From Salinispira sp. (GTDB taxonomy: Bacteria; Spirochaetota; Spirochaetia; DSM-27196; Salinispiraceae): a stretch of DNA of 64,000 nt. The translations under genes were made by a program, and so were the position numbers. Each line of letters begins with the position of its first letter. The stretch's first letter is position 1. Of the stretch, positions 17,829 to 28,018 are shown one piece after another. Below the pieces are notes generated by a model. That model saw only the letters and a program-made list of their open reading frames with translations. It had not been told where the DNA came from and searched no databases. The stretch is from assembly GCA_965602015.1 (NCBI GenBank), contig OZ271918.1, positions 2,048,001 through 2,112,000 of the forward strand. Direction: 5' to 3'.

Positions 17829-18904
17829 ATTTCCTGCCGCTCCAGTTCATCGCGGAAGCCGATCCTACCCAGGCGATAGTCGCCGGCGTTATTTTCGCAG
17901 CGCTGATACTTCTGATTATTATCAGCGCACGACGCAGCGGAAACCCGAGTACCAGCGGCGGCGGCGGGAGCTATAACAAGGGCAGTTTCAAGAAGAGCGC
18001 AAAAAATCTCGGACTTGAAAGCCACCATATCCAGCTGCTGCAACGGGCCGTCAGGGATCAGAATATCCCCAATCCTCAGAGGATTCTGCAAAGCGGAGGC
18101 TACCTCAACAAGATTCTTCAACGGACAATAGCGGATATCGAGGACAGCGACATGTCCCAGGGCGAACGGAACCGGATTATCGCCGAGGTGTTTGAAATCA
18201 AACGGCGGGTTTCCGCCGGGGGCGATCAGGTCAAGCGATACGGGAACACAAAAAACCTGAAGCTCGGGCAGGAAGTCACCATTTACTCAAAGACCCTACC
18301 CCCGAGTCATTCGCGAATAACGGGAAACCTCGAGAGTCATTTGGCATTGGAAACACCGAGAAGCGCCGACGGCTCGCCCATGAAGTACCGTCCGGGAGCT
18401 CCTCTCAAGGTGCGCTTTATCAGGGACAACGGCAAGGTATACGTGTTCCTCACCAGGCTGAGGGAGTACCGAAAAGTCGACCGGATTGAAAACATGCTGG
18501 TGGACCACAGCGCCAAGGTCGAGCAAAACCAGCTCCGCCGGTCCCCACGCAGGGAGTTCAATAAACCGGCGTACTTCCAGCAGGTTGAGATCATTACAGA
18601 GGGCAGCGGCAAGAGGGCGGTCAAACGGGCGGTGGTCAACAAAAACCGGCGATACCTGGGACAAATAGAGGACATCAGCCGGGGAGGATGCGCCCTGTAC
18701 AGCCGAAACCCCATGAGAAAAGGGACCCTCATTAAAATACGCTTTGATATTTCCGGCGGAGATGAGATATCCGCGTTCGGCAAGGTGCGAAGCGTTGAAC
18801 CCACCAAGCCCTTTGGCGCCCTTATGCACGTGGCATTCACCAGGGTCAGCACCCGGCATCTCAATGAAATTCAAAGCTATGTATATGGTTTTTTTGAGGA
18901 CTAA
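17825..18904 (+). CDS. Membrane-anchored YcgR-like flagellar brake / PilZ protein
   Basis: N-terminal TM helix; RRSPR (RxxxR) and DISRGG motifs; ATGA overlap with the upstream gene. Confidence 0.8.
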   Translation: MNFLPLQFIAEADPTQAIVAGVIFAALILLIIISARRSGNPSTSGGGGSYNKGSFKKSAKNLGLESHHIQLLQRAVRDQNIPNPQRILQSGGYLNKILQRTIADIEDSDMSQGERNRIIAEVFEIKRRVSAGGDQVKRYGNTKNLKLGQEVTIYSKTLPPSHSRITGNLESHLALETPRSADGSPMKYRPGAPLKVRFIRDNGKVYVFLTRLREYRKVDRIENMLVDHSAKVEQNQLRRSPRREFNKPAYFQQVEIITEGSGKRAVKRAVVNKNRRYLGQIEDISRGGCALYSRNPMRKGTLIKIRFDISGGDEISAFGKVRSVEPTKPFGALMHVAFTRVSTRHLNEIQSYVYGFFED

Positions 18905-18905
18905 C

Positions 18906-18934
18906 TTTACCCAGGGGTGACAATAGCTTAGTAT
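18906..18934 (+). promoter_or_regulatory. sigma70 promoter candidate for the hypothetical-tsaE-tsaB unit
   Basis: TTTACC-N17-TAGTAT. Confidence 0.5.
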
Positions 18935-18963
18935 TAATGTATTCATCACCGGATTGAGAGAAC

Positions 18964-19227
18964 ATGGTTCAGGCAATAGAAAACATAACAAAAAAACACA
19001 TGCTTATTTCCTACCGGGAAGAGTTTCATGCGGACGCCATACTCGATCTGAGGAAGAACGGCAGCTCCCAGACATGCAAGATCGAGTTCTCCCTTGAACT
19101 CACCCCGCTTGGAAGCAAGAATATCAGAATTCAGTTTCTCGATAACCTTGAGTATCCCCTGATTCCGGTCATCCGGGAATTAAAAACCCACATTAGCCAA
19201 CTGGACAGGAACGGCGGCTTACCGTAG
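18964..19227 (+). CDS. Small conserved-looking hypothetical protein
   Basis: 87-aa ORF (IEFSLELTPLG, YPLIPV) in operon orientation with tsaE. Confidence 0.7.
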   Translation: MVQAIENITKKHMLISYREEFHADAILDLRKNGSSQTCKIEFSLELTPLGSKNIRIQFLDNLEYPLIPVIRELKTHISQLDRNGGLP

Positions 19228-19238
19228 AGTAGCCCATC

Positions 19239-19730
19239 ATGCCAGCAGAACCGCCGTTTCCGTCATCAACAAGCTTGGAAGAGTTCTCCATCTCCAGCAG
19301 CAGTCCCGACGCCACATTTTTACTCGCCCGAAAAATCGGAAGCCGGGCGAGTGCCGGGGAAGTTTTTACCCTGGAAGGCGGCTTGAGCGCGGGAAAAACC
19401 CTGTTCGCCCGGGGATTCGCCCAGGGAATGGGCATTGGGGAATCAGTTACCAGCCCGACCTTTCCCATCATTCAGGAATACGACGGCGAGCCTCCGCTGT
19501 ATCACATGGATCTGTACCGTTTGGGCGGAAGCGAGGAGTTTATCGACATCGGGGGAGAGGAACTGCTGTTCGACCGGGGTATCTGCCTGATAGAATGGCC
19601 TGACCGGGCTGAAGAGCTCCTTCCGGCTTCGCGAATACGCGTTCATCTGGAGATCACCGGTGAGATGGAACGCCTCATTCGCTTTCGCGGCCCCGGAAAG
19701 CGCCTTCGGGAGATAACTCATGACCTATGA
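19239..19730 (+). CDS. tsaE: t6A biosynthesis ATPase TsaE
   Basis: GGLSAGKT, VTSPTF, HMDLYRL, LIEWP. Confidence 0.95.
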   Translation: MPAEPPFPSSTSLEEFSISSSSPDATFLLARKIGSRASAGEVFTLEGGLSAGKTLFARGFAQGMGIGESVTSPTFPIIQEYDGEPPLYHMDLYRLGGSEEFIDIGGEELLFDRGICLIEWPDRAEELLPASRIRVHLEITGEMERLIRFRGPGKRLREITHDL

Positions 19731-20523
19731 CACAAGCATTTTTTCTTCAAGAAGGGCCGCGGTTCTGGCTATAGAAAGCGGCAGCGAGTATCTTCAACTC
19801 GCCCTGTCCCGCGGCGCAAACGGGGATTTCGAAAAAGCACGTCGCAAGGGTCAAGTCGAACCAGCTTCACAAATCCCCATCTTGACCATGGTCATCAATA
19901 GAGGCTTGAAGCACGCGGAGCTGCTGATGCCGTCCATACGGCAGCTTTTTGAAAGCGCCGAGATGAAAATGTCAGAACTCGACGCCGTGGTGGTGGGCAG
20001 GGGCCCCGGCAGCTTTACGGGCTTGAGAATCGGTATGGCGGCGGCCAAAGGCCTTGCGGCGGCGTTAAACATTCCCCTCGCCTCGGTGCCAAGCCTTGAA
20101 GCCATGGCTTACGCATACCGGATGCTGCCGGAGCCGGTGGTGCCTATTCTGGATGCCCGCAAACAGCGCTTTTACTGCGCGGCATTCATACACGGCGCGC
20201 GCATCCTGGAAGATTCTGATCTGGCCCCCGTGGACATTGCTTCCCTGCTGCCGAAGCTTCATAAAAGCCGGCGAGTTTATATGTGCGGCCCCCACGGAAG
20301 TGGGCTTATGTCTGTCCTCCCTGAATCACCTGAGCATATGGCTAACAAGAGCAGGGAAATAACAAGTAGCGAAGTAATTGACCTGGGCTTTAGCGAATGG
20401 GCGTCTTCCCTCTTAGAGCTCGGAGCAATCAAGCTCGCCGCCGGAGATGCCGACACCGATGACTCAGGACCCGAGTATCTGAGGGTTTCCGAAGCGGAGT
20501 TGGGGATTACCAGGAAGAGCTAA
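19720..20523 (+). CDS. tsaB: t6A biosynthesis protein TsaB
   Basis: HAELLMP, GPGSFTGLRIG, LDARK, PEYLR. Confidence 0.95.
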   Translation: MTYDTSIFSSRRAAVLAIESGSEYLQLALSRGANGDFEKARRKGQVEPASQIPILTMVINRGLKHAELLMPSIRQLFESAEMKMSELDAVVVGRGPGSFTGLRIGMAAAKGLAAALNIPLASVPSLEAMAYAYRMLPEPVVPILDARKQRFYCAAFIHGARILEDSDLAPVDIASLLPKLHKSRRVYMCGPHGSGLMSVLPESPEHMANKSREITSSEVIDLGFSEWASSLLELGAIKLAAGDADTDDSGPEYLRVSEAELGITRKS

Positions 20524-20528
20524 CGCTG

Positions 20529-20774
20529 CTATTCGCCGGCTTTTTTCCCCGGCGCGGGGGGAAAATCGCCCAGGGAAGGCAAATCGGCGCTCGACTCGGC
20601 CGCCCGTCGGTTTTCATCCTGTATGGCTTCGTAGACTTCGTGACGGAATACCTTGACCGATCGGGGAGCCCGAATTCCGAGCTTGACCTGATCTCCCTTG
20701 ATATCCACTACGGCAATTTCTATGTCATCGCCTATCATAATCGCTTCGTTTATTTTCCGGGTGAGTACCAGCAT
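20529..20774 (-). CDS. csrA: Carbon storage regulator CsrA
   Basis: [20 protein letters not shown]...[20 protein letters not shown]; start overlaps the fliW stop. Confidence 0.97.
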   Translation of the reverse strand: MLVLTRKINEAIMIGDDIEIAVVDIKGDQVKLGIRAPRSVKVFRHEVYEAIQDENRRAAESSADLPSLGDFPPAPGKKAGE

Positions 20775-21265
20775 CAGGAACCTCCCCGGGCAGCCATTTC
20801 CTGAAGAATGTAATGCTTGGTCATCCATCGCGGATCGGTCTGTATTCCCTGCATTCCCAGCCGGGCGGCTGGATTAATAACGATGGGTCCCTGAAGGTTG
20901 GCGGTCATGCTGTCTTTGTCACCGGTTACCGTCACAATTGCAAAAACCAGGAGTTCAGCGGGTTCATTGCTCTGATTTACAATGAGATCGCCGGTCTCCT
21001 CCTGTCGGATTCCGATTATATCCAATTCCTGGCTCACCAGACTCAATTCGTAATCCGATCGGAATATGTCCGGCGAGATCATCACAAAGGCGGTCGAGCT
21101 GTCCCCCAGAGACTGCAGCCAGTAAAACGGCGCCTGCGCCGCATCCAGGAGGGCAAAGCGCCGGTGCTCTTCGAAACCGAGGATTCCCTTGGGGAAATCG
21201 ATAATCTGCCGCTCGTCCACTTCAATCTCGCCAAAGGCCCTGGCCTGTATCGTCTTCATTGTCAC
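20774..21265 (-). CDS. fliW: Flagellar assembly factor FliW (CsrA antagonist)
   Basis: [29 protein letters not shown]. Confidence 0.95.
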   Translation of the reverse strand: MTMKTIQARAFGEIEVDERQIIDFPKGILGFEEHRRFALLDAAQAPFYWLQSLGDSSTAFVMISPDIFRSDYELSLVSQELDIIGIRQEETGDLIVNQSNEPAELLVFAIVTVTGDKDSMTANLQGPIVINPAARLGMQGIQTDPRWMTKHYILQEMAARGGS

Positions 21266-22506
21266 CTCAAAAAGTCCAGCAGTGTGGGTTGAATCACTTT
21301 AGCGGCCACCGAAAGGGCGGCCCGGTGGGTTTGTTCAAGCATGGAAAACTCGGTGATGGCCTCGGCCAAATCGATATCCGTCAGACGGGAATGGTGTGCG
21401 CTCACGTCGACGAACTCTTTTTCAAGACGTTGGTAGGCCAGTTCCATCCGGCTTGTCCGGGCACCCAGACTGCCGAGGTTGCTGAGCATATTGCTCAGAG
21501 CGGAATCCATGCTCCGTATTCCGTCCCCGCCGATGTCCAGGGTATCGCCTTGCAGCAGGTTGTCCCGCAATCGAATAATGGCGTCAAAAGCGCTGCCCCC
21601 GAAGACCCTTGCGTCCCGGGAAATATTCTGGGGAGGCCGGGCATCTCCGTCCTGGAGTATACCCAAGTCCTGCAATACCGTGCCGTTTTCATCGGCGAGC
21701 CAAAGCTGCCGGGGGCTGGTGGTCTCGAATACCAGGGCTGCGGAGACCGGGTCCAGGCTCGCCCTGGCGCCGGCTCCGGCGTCATTTATTTTGGCCATCA
21801 CCTGGTACACATTGTCCCCTTCCCGAAGCCGGATGGAGGTTCCGTTCACCGTTATTTCACTGTCCGATTGAACAACGTAGTCCCCCGCCTGGGTTTGGGA
21901 ATAAATTTGCTGATTCTCGGCCCAGAACACCTGGTTTCCCGGGAAATTCAGTTCGATATACTTGCCGTCGGCAATTTCAGTCCGCTTTACGCCGATGTCG
22001 CCGATGTACTCCACATCGGTCACCATGGCAGCTCCGGATCCCGGAATGCGGCCCTCGAGCACCCGATACGGCAGATTTCTCGTGCGGTTGCCCGAAAATA
22101 TGCTCAGCCCCTCGGAATCAGTGGCATTTGCCGTGTTGATAAACTCTTTCAGGAGCTCGTCGACCTGGCGGCCCATAGCCTGGAGATCGTTGGCGTCGTA
22201 GGTCCCGTTGCCGCCCATTACGGCGATCTGACGGATTTCCTGCATAATGTCGACGCCGTGGCGCATGTGACCCTCGGCCATGCGGTAGTGGTGAATGCTG
22301 GTTTGAACATTGTCGCTGAATCGCTCCAGGCGATTGAGATAGCTCTGGTGACGGGTCGCATGGGCGGCGGCCGCCGGATCGTCCCGAAGATTGAGAATCC
22401 GGGTCTGGGCCGCCATCCGGTTCTGCGATTCGTTCATTTCCACCTGGCGATTCCTGGTATGGAACTGCAGATTATCATTTGGCAGATTCGTACTGATCCT
22501 GTTCAT
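21262..22506 (-). CDS. flgL: Hook-associated protein 3 FlgL
   Basis: [28 protein letters not shown]. Confidence 0.95.
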   Translation of the reverse strand: MNRISTNLPNDNLQFHTRNRQVEMNESQNRMAAQTRILNLRDDPAAAAHATRHQSYLNRLERFSDNVQTSIHHYRMAEGHMRHGVDIMQEIRQIAVMGGNGTYDANDLQAMGRQVDELLKEFINTANATDSEGLSIFSGNRTRNLPYRVLEGRIPGSGAAMVTDVEYIGDIGVKRTEIADGKYIELNFPGNQVFWAENQQIYSQTQAGDYVVQSDSEITVNGTSIRLREGDNVYQVMAKINDAGAGARASLDPVSAALVFETTSPRQLWLADENGTVLQDLGILQDGDARPPQNISRDARVFGGSAFDAIIRLRDNLLQGDTLDIGGDGIRSMDSALSNMLSNLGSLGARTSRMELAYQRLEKEFVDVSAHHSRLTDIDLAEAITEFSMLEQTHRAALSVAAKVIQPTLLDFLR

Positions 22507-22581
22507 TCTCTCCGTCCTTTATGCACCGCCGCACACAACTGCGGCATGGCTCACGGCCCAAGGGGCCGGACTATATTATTT

Positions 22582-24459
22582 TTACACGCCCATCCGGTTG
22601 ATGATGGTATCGAGCATCTGATCGAGCTCGGTGATAAAACGGGATGCGGCGGTGTACCCGTGCTGGTACTTGATCATTTGAGCAAGCTCTTCATCGATAT
22701 TGACCCCGGAAATCGAAGCCCGTGTGTCCCGCAAATCCTTCATGATCCGCTCCTGGGTATCGAGGGCGAGTTCGGCTTCCCTTCCCTTTAATCCGATCTC
22801 CGCCACAACATCAGCGAAGTAATCATCAAAGCGCTCAATGCGTCCCACCATAACCGGCTGGTTGCGAATCGCGGCGATTTCCAGGGCTGCCCGTCCGTCG
22901 CCGATGTCTCCCGGCCTGTCCTGGGAGCCCAGGGCTGTGGCGATGCTCCCCACATCCTGTGCGACCTCATCGCTGATTTGGATCCACCCCGATGGGTGGG
23001 TCAAGGGGGCAACTTCGAAATCCAGAGCGCCGCCCCTCAGCGCCGCCACCGCATCGCTCTGGTCGGAGCTAAACGCGCCGGCATCACCACTGGCCAGGAG
23101 AATCCCCGAATACCCGACGAGGAACTGTCCGCTGTCCTGCACCTGCCGAATAACAAAATCAGGATTGTCGATGGATGCCGACGGTGTGGCTTTGAGGCTC
23201 ATTCGGCCCTCTCTATCGAGTCTGGCCACCACCTCTGCACCTGAGTTGTTAATTCTGAGAATCACGTCCCGAACCGTATCTTCCGGGCGGTATTCCACAT
23301 CGACAGGTCCCGACGGTCCGTTGAGGGTAATGGTGCCGCCGATTCCGATTTCCTGCTGGGGGTCGAGGCTGTTCTGCCCCCGGATGCGGAAAATGTAGGT
23401 TGAGTCGAACTCACCGTCGCCGTCGGCGTCGAAATTGCCGTTAACGTTATTGATGTAGGGGTGCTGATCAAAAAAGTTCAGGCCGGTGCGCCCGTTCATA
23501 CCGAAACCCTCCCGGTGAACTTCATTGACAAGGTCGATAAAGTTGATGGCCATGTTGTCCAGCCCCTGAATCTCCTCCCGGATGTCAACATCCCGCAGTT
23601 CAATGAGGGCGGCAAGTTTTCCGCCTCTAAAATGCGCCTGCTCACCGTCGTATGTCCAAGTCACCCGGGTTTGACCGGAATTTCCCGGATCGGTATCCAG
23701 ACGCAGTTCCTGACGAACCGCGCCCTGTACAAGCTGAATGCCTGAGCTGTGCACATTTATTTCATCGCTGTCGCGATAATCGACGGTTATGTCGATGAGC
23801 TGACCAAGTTCCTCGATGAGAAGATCACGCCGGTCCATGAGATCATTCGGTTCGTCGCCGGCGGCTTTAACTTTGACAATTTCATGGTTGTACTGGGCTA
23901 TTTCCGCACTGAGCTCATTGACCTCGGCGAGGCTGGCGCGGATATCGTCATTCAGCATGCTTCGGATCTGTTCCAGGCCCTGATACCTCAGCTGTATTCC
24001 CTCGACCAAGGCCCGGCCGTTCTCCAGAACTGCCTGGCGCGAAGCCATCTGCTCGGGATAGATGGAAAGCTCCTCCCAGCTGTCCCAAAAGCGGTCCATC
24101 AGGTTCCGAACCGAAAGCTCGCTGGGTTCATTATAAATCTGCTCCATCTGCAGGATGTAGGCGTCCCTGGCCTGCCAATACCCCTCTCCGTTGGCATTGG
24201 CGATAATCCGTCCTTCCAGCAGCTCGTCCCGTACCCGTTCGATGCGGGCGATGTCGACGCCCTGGCCGATCTGCCCAGGGGTGTGGGCCCGGTTGAGCTG
24301 AGGCCGGTACAGGGCGTCGGTGGCTGACATATGGACCCGCTGACGACTATAGCCGTCGGTGGACGCATTGCTCAGGTTATGACCGACGGTGGACAGGGCC
24401 CGGGAGTGGGCAAACAGTGAACGCTTGCCGAGTTCTATTCCGGAAAAAGTACTTTGCAT
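22582..24459 (-). CDS. flgK: Hook-associated protein 1 FlgK
   Basis: GHNLSNASTDGYSRQ, SISGVNIDEE, MLDTIINRM. Confidence 0.96.
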   Translation of the reverse strand: MQSTFSGIELGKRSLFAHSRALSTVGHNLSNASTDGYSRQRVHMSATDALYRPQLNRAHTPGQIGQGVDIARIERVRDELLEGRIIANANGEGYWQARDAYILQMEQIYNEPSELSVRNLMDRFWDSWEELSIYPEQMASRQAVLENGRALVEGIQLRYQGLEQIRSMLNDDIRASLAEVNELSAEIAQYNHEIVKVKAAGDEPNDLMDRRDLLIEELGQLIDITVDYRDSDEINVHSSGIQLVQGAVRQELRLDTDPGNSGQTRVTWTYDGEQAHFRGGKLAALIELRDVDIREEIQGLDNMAINFIDLVNEVHREGFGMNGRTGLNFFDQHPYINNVNGNFDADGDGEFDSTYIFRIRGQNSLDPQQEIGIGGTITLNGPSGPVDVEYRPEDTVRDVILRINNSGAEVVARLDREGRMSLKATPSASIDNPDFVIRQVQDSGQFLVGYSGILLASGDAGAFSSDQSDAVAALRGGALDFEVAPLTHPSGWIQISDEVAQDVGSIATALGSQDRPGDIGDGRAALEIAAIRNQPVMVGRIERFDDYFADVVAEIGLKGREAELALDTQERIMKDLRDTRASISGVNIDEELAQMIKYQHGYTAASRFITELDQMLDTIINRMGV

Positions 24460-24468
24460 CGCTTGCTC

Positions 24469-24954
24469 CTAAAGGCTGTGGTCCAGCACCATCGGCTGGC
24501 TGCTGGTCTGCCGATACCCCGCGGCGGTATAGGTTCCGTCCCTCCGGGATGGATACAGTTCATCGATAATCGATTCCATGGTCTCCATCTGACTGCCGGC
24601 GTAGGCCATAATGCCCTCGTTTACCGTGCGGACCTGGAGTACCGCCACTTTGAGGTCCCGGAATGCGGCTCCGAGTTTCTCGCGCTGGGGCGAATCGAGG
24701 GTGGCAAAGAGCATGGTAAGTCCGTATTCCCGGGAAATATTCAATTGATCGAGTAACTCGACAAAACCCCGCTGACGCTGCAGTTCGCAGTTCCGGATGG
24801 CTTCCGAGAGTTCTTTCATCGCAGAGATGCTTCGATCCGCTTCTATATAGTCCTTGTCGAATACCGCTTCCTGCAGCCGCAACTGATGCTCGGCAAGCTG
24901 CTGGAATAGCACCGTCTGGGTTTCGAGAATACTTTGGAAATCCTGAACCGTCAT
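24469..24954 (-). CDS. flgN: Flagellar export chaperone FlgN
   Basis: Helical ~161-aa protein directly upstream of flgK, with C-terminal TYxxxG motif; ATG at 24954 after SD AAGGAG. Confidence 0.75.
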   Translation of the reverse strand: MTVQDFQSILETQTVLFQQLAEHQLRLQEAVFDKDYIEADRSISAMKELSEAIRNCELQRQRGFVELLDQLNISREYGLTMLFATLDSPQREKLGAAFRDLKVAVLQVRTVNEGIMAYAGSQMETMESIIDELYPSRRDGTYTAAGYRQTSSQPMVLDHSL

Positions 24955-24974
24955 GAGCTGCTCCTTCTCTATAA

Positions 24975-25001
24975 TCATCGGCAGAAGGAAACATGAGTTT
25001 A
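24975..25001 (-). promoter_or_regulatory. sigma28 promoter of flgN-flgK-flgL-fliW-csrA
   Basis: TAAA-N15-GCCGATGA. Confidence 0.85.
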
Positions 25002-25098
25002 GCCCCGGATTGACTAGCTTGAAGCTCGCCTGGGGCACAGCGACCCTTGATTTTCATCGGTTTATCGGGATAGATTCTGCCACAGAGTTTCCACGGGA

Positions 25099-27003
25099 AT
25101 GATCGACTTATATAAACAAACCGAACATCATAAAAGCAGTCTCCGGCAATACGCACCGGTTCACCTGGCGGCAATAGTAAGCGTGGCGATTTTCCTGGGA
25201 AACCTCCTGAACCCCGATGGTCTCCGTCCGGTAGCGGCGGTTTTTACTCAACCGCCTGCTGACCCGAGTTCCCCGCATGAAAACAGCGCTGCGGATATTC
25301 CGGGAAAGGGCTTTGCCAGCCCGGTTCAAATTAGTGAAGATATCCGACTCGACAGAACCCCAATCTCGGAAGATAAAATTTTCTGGCAGAACGGCAGCGA
25401 CGAGGAAATAATCTCCGAGCTGCTGGATCATATGAGCGATGAGCAAATCGTTTCGCAGGTATTTCTTGTAGGCTGGGAAAGCGAGACCGCCGAGGGTCCG
25501 GTAATGGACTGGATTGAGAAACGGGGCCTCGGAGGGGTAAAAGTCTTCGGCTGGAACGGCAACAACGTGGCCACCCTCGGCAGGGCCCTGAGCATCATGC
25601 AAGCCCGATCTATGGACAACGATGCGGGCATTCCCCTGATAACCGCCACCGATCAGGAAGGCGGATGGGTCAGGCATATTAAGGACACCACCAGCATCAC
25701 TCCGGGCAACATGGCAATCGGCGCATCGGCCCTGCCCATGGATTCATACCTGAGCGGATATTACATCGGTCAGCAGCTGAGAGCCATCGGCGTCAACATG
25801 AATTTTGCGCCGACAGTCGACGTCTATATAAACAACGATGCCCATGTAATCGGCCCGAGGGCATTCTCCGCCGACCCCCTCGAAAGCGGAATTCTGGGAC
25901 TGGCGTTTTACCAGGGAATGCAGATGGCCGGGGTGATGGCCACCGCTAAGCACTTCCCGGGACACGGCAACGCCTACGGCGACAGCCATGGCTATTTACC
26001 GGTAATCGAGGACGATTTCGAAACTGTGTGGCAGAGGGATCTCTTACCCTACCGGATGATGATCCGCGAAGGCCTTCCGGCGGTACTCTCGGGACATTTA
26101 AATTTCCCGAACATTACCGGCAACGAGAGGCCGGCTTCCCTATCACCCTATTTCAAGCAAACCGTGCTTCGCGACCGGCTTAATTTCGAAGGAATCGTGA
26201 TTACCGACGATCTGTACATGAGAGGGGCCATCGACTACGGCGACCAGGAGGGATGGGGCATGGACCGCATTGTTCTGGAAGCCCTGAGGGCGGGCAATGA
26301 CATGGTAATGCTCTCCGAGACCCCGGCGTTGAACGATTCCATCTGGACCCTCGTGCTTGATACCTATCGGGAAGATGAAGAATTTCGTCAGCGGATTCGG
26401 GAATCGGTCTCCCGGGTGTTGCGGGTAAAGCTGCGTTTTCTCAAACCCTCATGGCGGGTTCCCCTGACCATCGATCCGGAAAATGTGTACGACGACATCG
26501 AGACCTTTTCCGGGGAGCCGTTTTTTCAGGAACAGGCGGCTCGGGGGGTAACCCTGATTAGAGACCGGGATATTCCCTTGCTGCCCGAACCGGGGGAGCG
26601 CATCCTGCTGGTTGGTCAGGACTTCGATTTTCTCAGGGAAGGCCGGGAGGCGTATCCCGGTGCGGAGAGTTTTCATTTTAGCTACAATCCGTTTTACGAC
26701 GCCGACCCCGATGTCATCGCCAGGGTGTCCGCCATCATTCCCCGCTACGACAGAATAATTTTTAATCTCGCAAATCCCAACAGCCTGGAAGTCCTGCGAT
26801 CTCTTGAGGACCACGGGAGCAAGATCATCGTATTTTCAAGCCTCACTCCGGTTTACCTCCAGGAACTCCCTTGGGTCGCGTCAGCGCTGGCGGTCTACGG
26901 CTGGGGGAGCGAGTCTTTCGAGGCGGGCTTCGCGGCCCTCTCGGGAAACATCCCCTTTGTCGGCCAGCTGCCGGTGCTGCTGGAAGAAACTCCGGACAGC
27001 TGA
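25099..27003 (+). CDS. nagZ: GH3 beta-N-acetylhexosaminidase (NagZ-like)
   Basis: DQEGG, KHFPGHGNAYGDSH (NagZ motif), ITDDLYM; N-terminal hydrophobic segment. Confidence 0.85.
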   Translation: MIDLYKQTEHHKSSLRQYAPVHLAAIVSVAIFLGNLLNPDGLRPVAAVFTQPPADPSSPHENSAADIPGKGFASPVQISEDIRLDRTPISEDKIFWQNGSDEEIISELLDHMSDEQIVSQVFLVGWESETAEGPVMDWIEKRGLGGVKVFGWNGNNVATLGRALSIMQARSMDNDAGIPLITATDQEGGWVRHIKDTTSITPGNMAIGASALPMDSYLSGYYIGQQLRAIGVNMNFAPTVDVYINNDAHVIGPRAFSADPLESGILGLAFYQGMQMAGVMATAKHFPGHGNAYGDSHGYLPVIEDDFETVWQRDLLPYRMMIREGLPAVLSGHLNFPNITGNERPASLSPYFKQTVLRDRLNFEGIVITDDLYMRGAIDYGDQEGWGMDRIVLEALRAGNDMVMLSETPALNDSIWTLVLDTYREDEEFRQRIRESVSRVLRVKLRFLKPSWRVPLTIDPENVYDDIETFSGEPFFQEQAARGVTLIRDRDIPLLPEPGERILLVGQDFDFLREGREAYPGAESFHFSYNPFYDADPDVIARVSAIIPRYDRIIFNLANPNSLEVLRSLEDHGSKIIVFSSLTPVYLQELPWVASALAVYGWGSESFEAGFAALSGNIPFVGQLPVLLEETPDS

Positions 27004-27902
27004 TGGGCTGGGCCGACGCCGAGGGGAGCATGGTCCCGGAGATCCACAAATTCCTCCTGCCGCGAGAAGTCCACGCCGCAAGCCTGAGTTCGCGGCTTCT
27101 CAACGGCGGCGGAGGTCTGGGAGTACCCGGTGGAAGGGGAGACCGGCTTTTAGTCCATCGGGGGCATCTTCACTCCGCCAATGGCCCGGAAAGTCTCGAG
27201 ATTGACGCCCTGCTGTATTTGGGCGGCGGCGGATTTACCTTTCCCCTTTTTTCCGGAGAGTTCCGGACGCGAAACCAGTACCCCAGTCGTCGAAGTTCCG
27301 AGTTTCTTGAAAAAGCACTTTTCCAGCATCGCCGGCGCATCTTTTCCATTATGGGCGGCCGCGACGACACCGAGCAGACAATCTCGATGATGGGCAAGCC
27401 CCCCTACCACCGGGTGGATTATGTGGTAATGTTTCGCACGCCCCAGGCACCCGCCCCTCCCCTCTCCTACGATGGAGAGTTTCGAATCGTCCGCTCAGGG
27501 CAAAGGGACATCCAGAGCCTGCTGCCCCTTCAACTGGCATACGAGGCCGAGGAAGTGGTCATCCCGGGGAAGTCGGTCAACCCCTCGTTTACGCTCTCCC
27601 AGCTTCGACGTTCTTTGAGCAGTCAGCGGGTGCTTCACTTGATGTATGGGGACAGGGTGGTCGCAAAGGCTCAGACCAATGCCAGAGGTATGGGAGTCGA
27701 GCAAATAGGAGGAGTGTACACCCTGCCCGAGTACCGAAACCGAGGCCTTGGTTCCATGTTGGTGGAGAAGATAAGCCGAGACATCTGCGGCGACGGGAAA
27801 GTCGCTAGTCTCTTCGTAAAACGGGAAAATCAGCCGGCAATGCGGGTCTATGAAAAATGCGGATTCGAGCCTGGCTCCCGTTTCCTCATCGGATATTTCT
27901 GA
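27003..27902 (+). CDS. GNAT-family acetyltransferase
   Basis: IGGVYTLPEYRNRGLG and NQPAMRVYEKCGF; TGATG overlap with nagZ. Confidence 0.85.
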   Translation: MGWADAEGSMVPEIHKFLLPREVHAASLSSRLLNGGGGLGVPGGRGDRLLVHRGHLHSANGPESLEIDALLYLGGGGFTFPLFSGEFRTRNQYPSRRSSEFLEKALFQHRRRIFSIMGGRDDTEQTISMMGKPPYHRVDYVVMFRTPQAPAPPLSYDGEFRIVRSGQRDIQSLLPLQLAYEAEEVVIPGKSVNPSFTLSQLRRSLSSQRVLHLMYGDRVVAKAQTNARGMGVEQIGGVYTLPEYRNRGLGSMLVEKISRDICGDGKVASLFVKRENQPAMRVYEKCGFEPGSRFLIGYF

Positions 27903-28002
27903 TCGCGGTCATTTGATTCCCGGCGGTTAATTCCCCGCCCTTGCCTCTGTCTGGTCAGCGCCTAATCCGGCAATCCATTTTCATCTTTTATATCCCCGAA
28001 TG

Positions 28003-28011
28003 TGCTACAAT
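28003..28011 (+). promoter_or_regulatory. Extended -10 promoter of glgA (leaderless-type)
   Basis: TGcTACAAT, 7 nt before the ATG. Confidence 0.6.
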
Positions 28012-28018
28012 ATGAGGT

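Noticed and set aside
21259..22791. Long opposite-strand ORFs (also 31210-32235, 33346-34431, 40887-42224, 56185-57429)
   Set aside because: Antisense shadows of well-supported genes in GC-rich DNA
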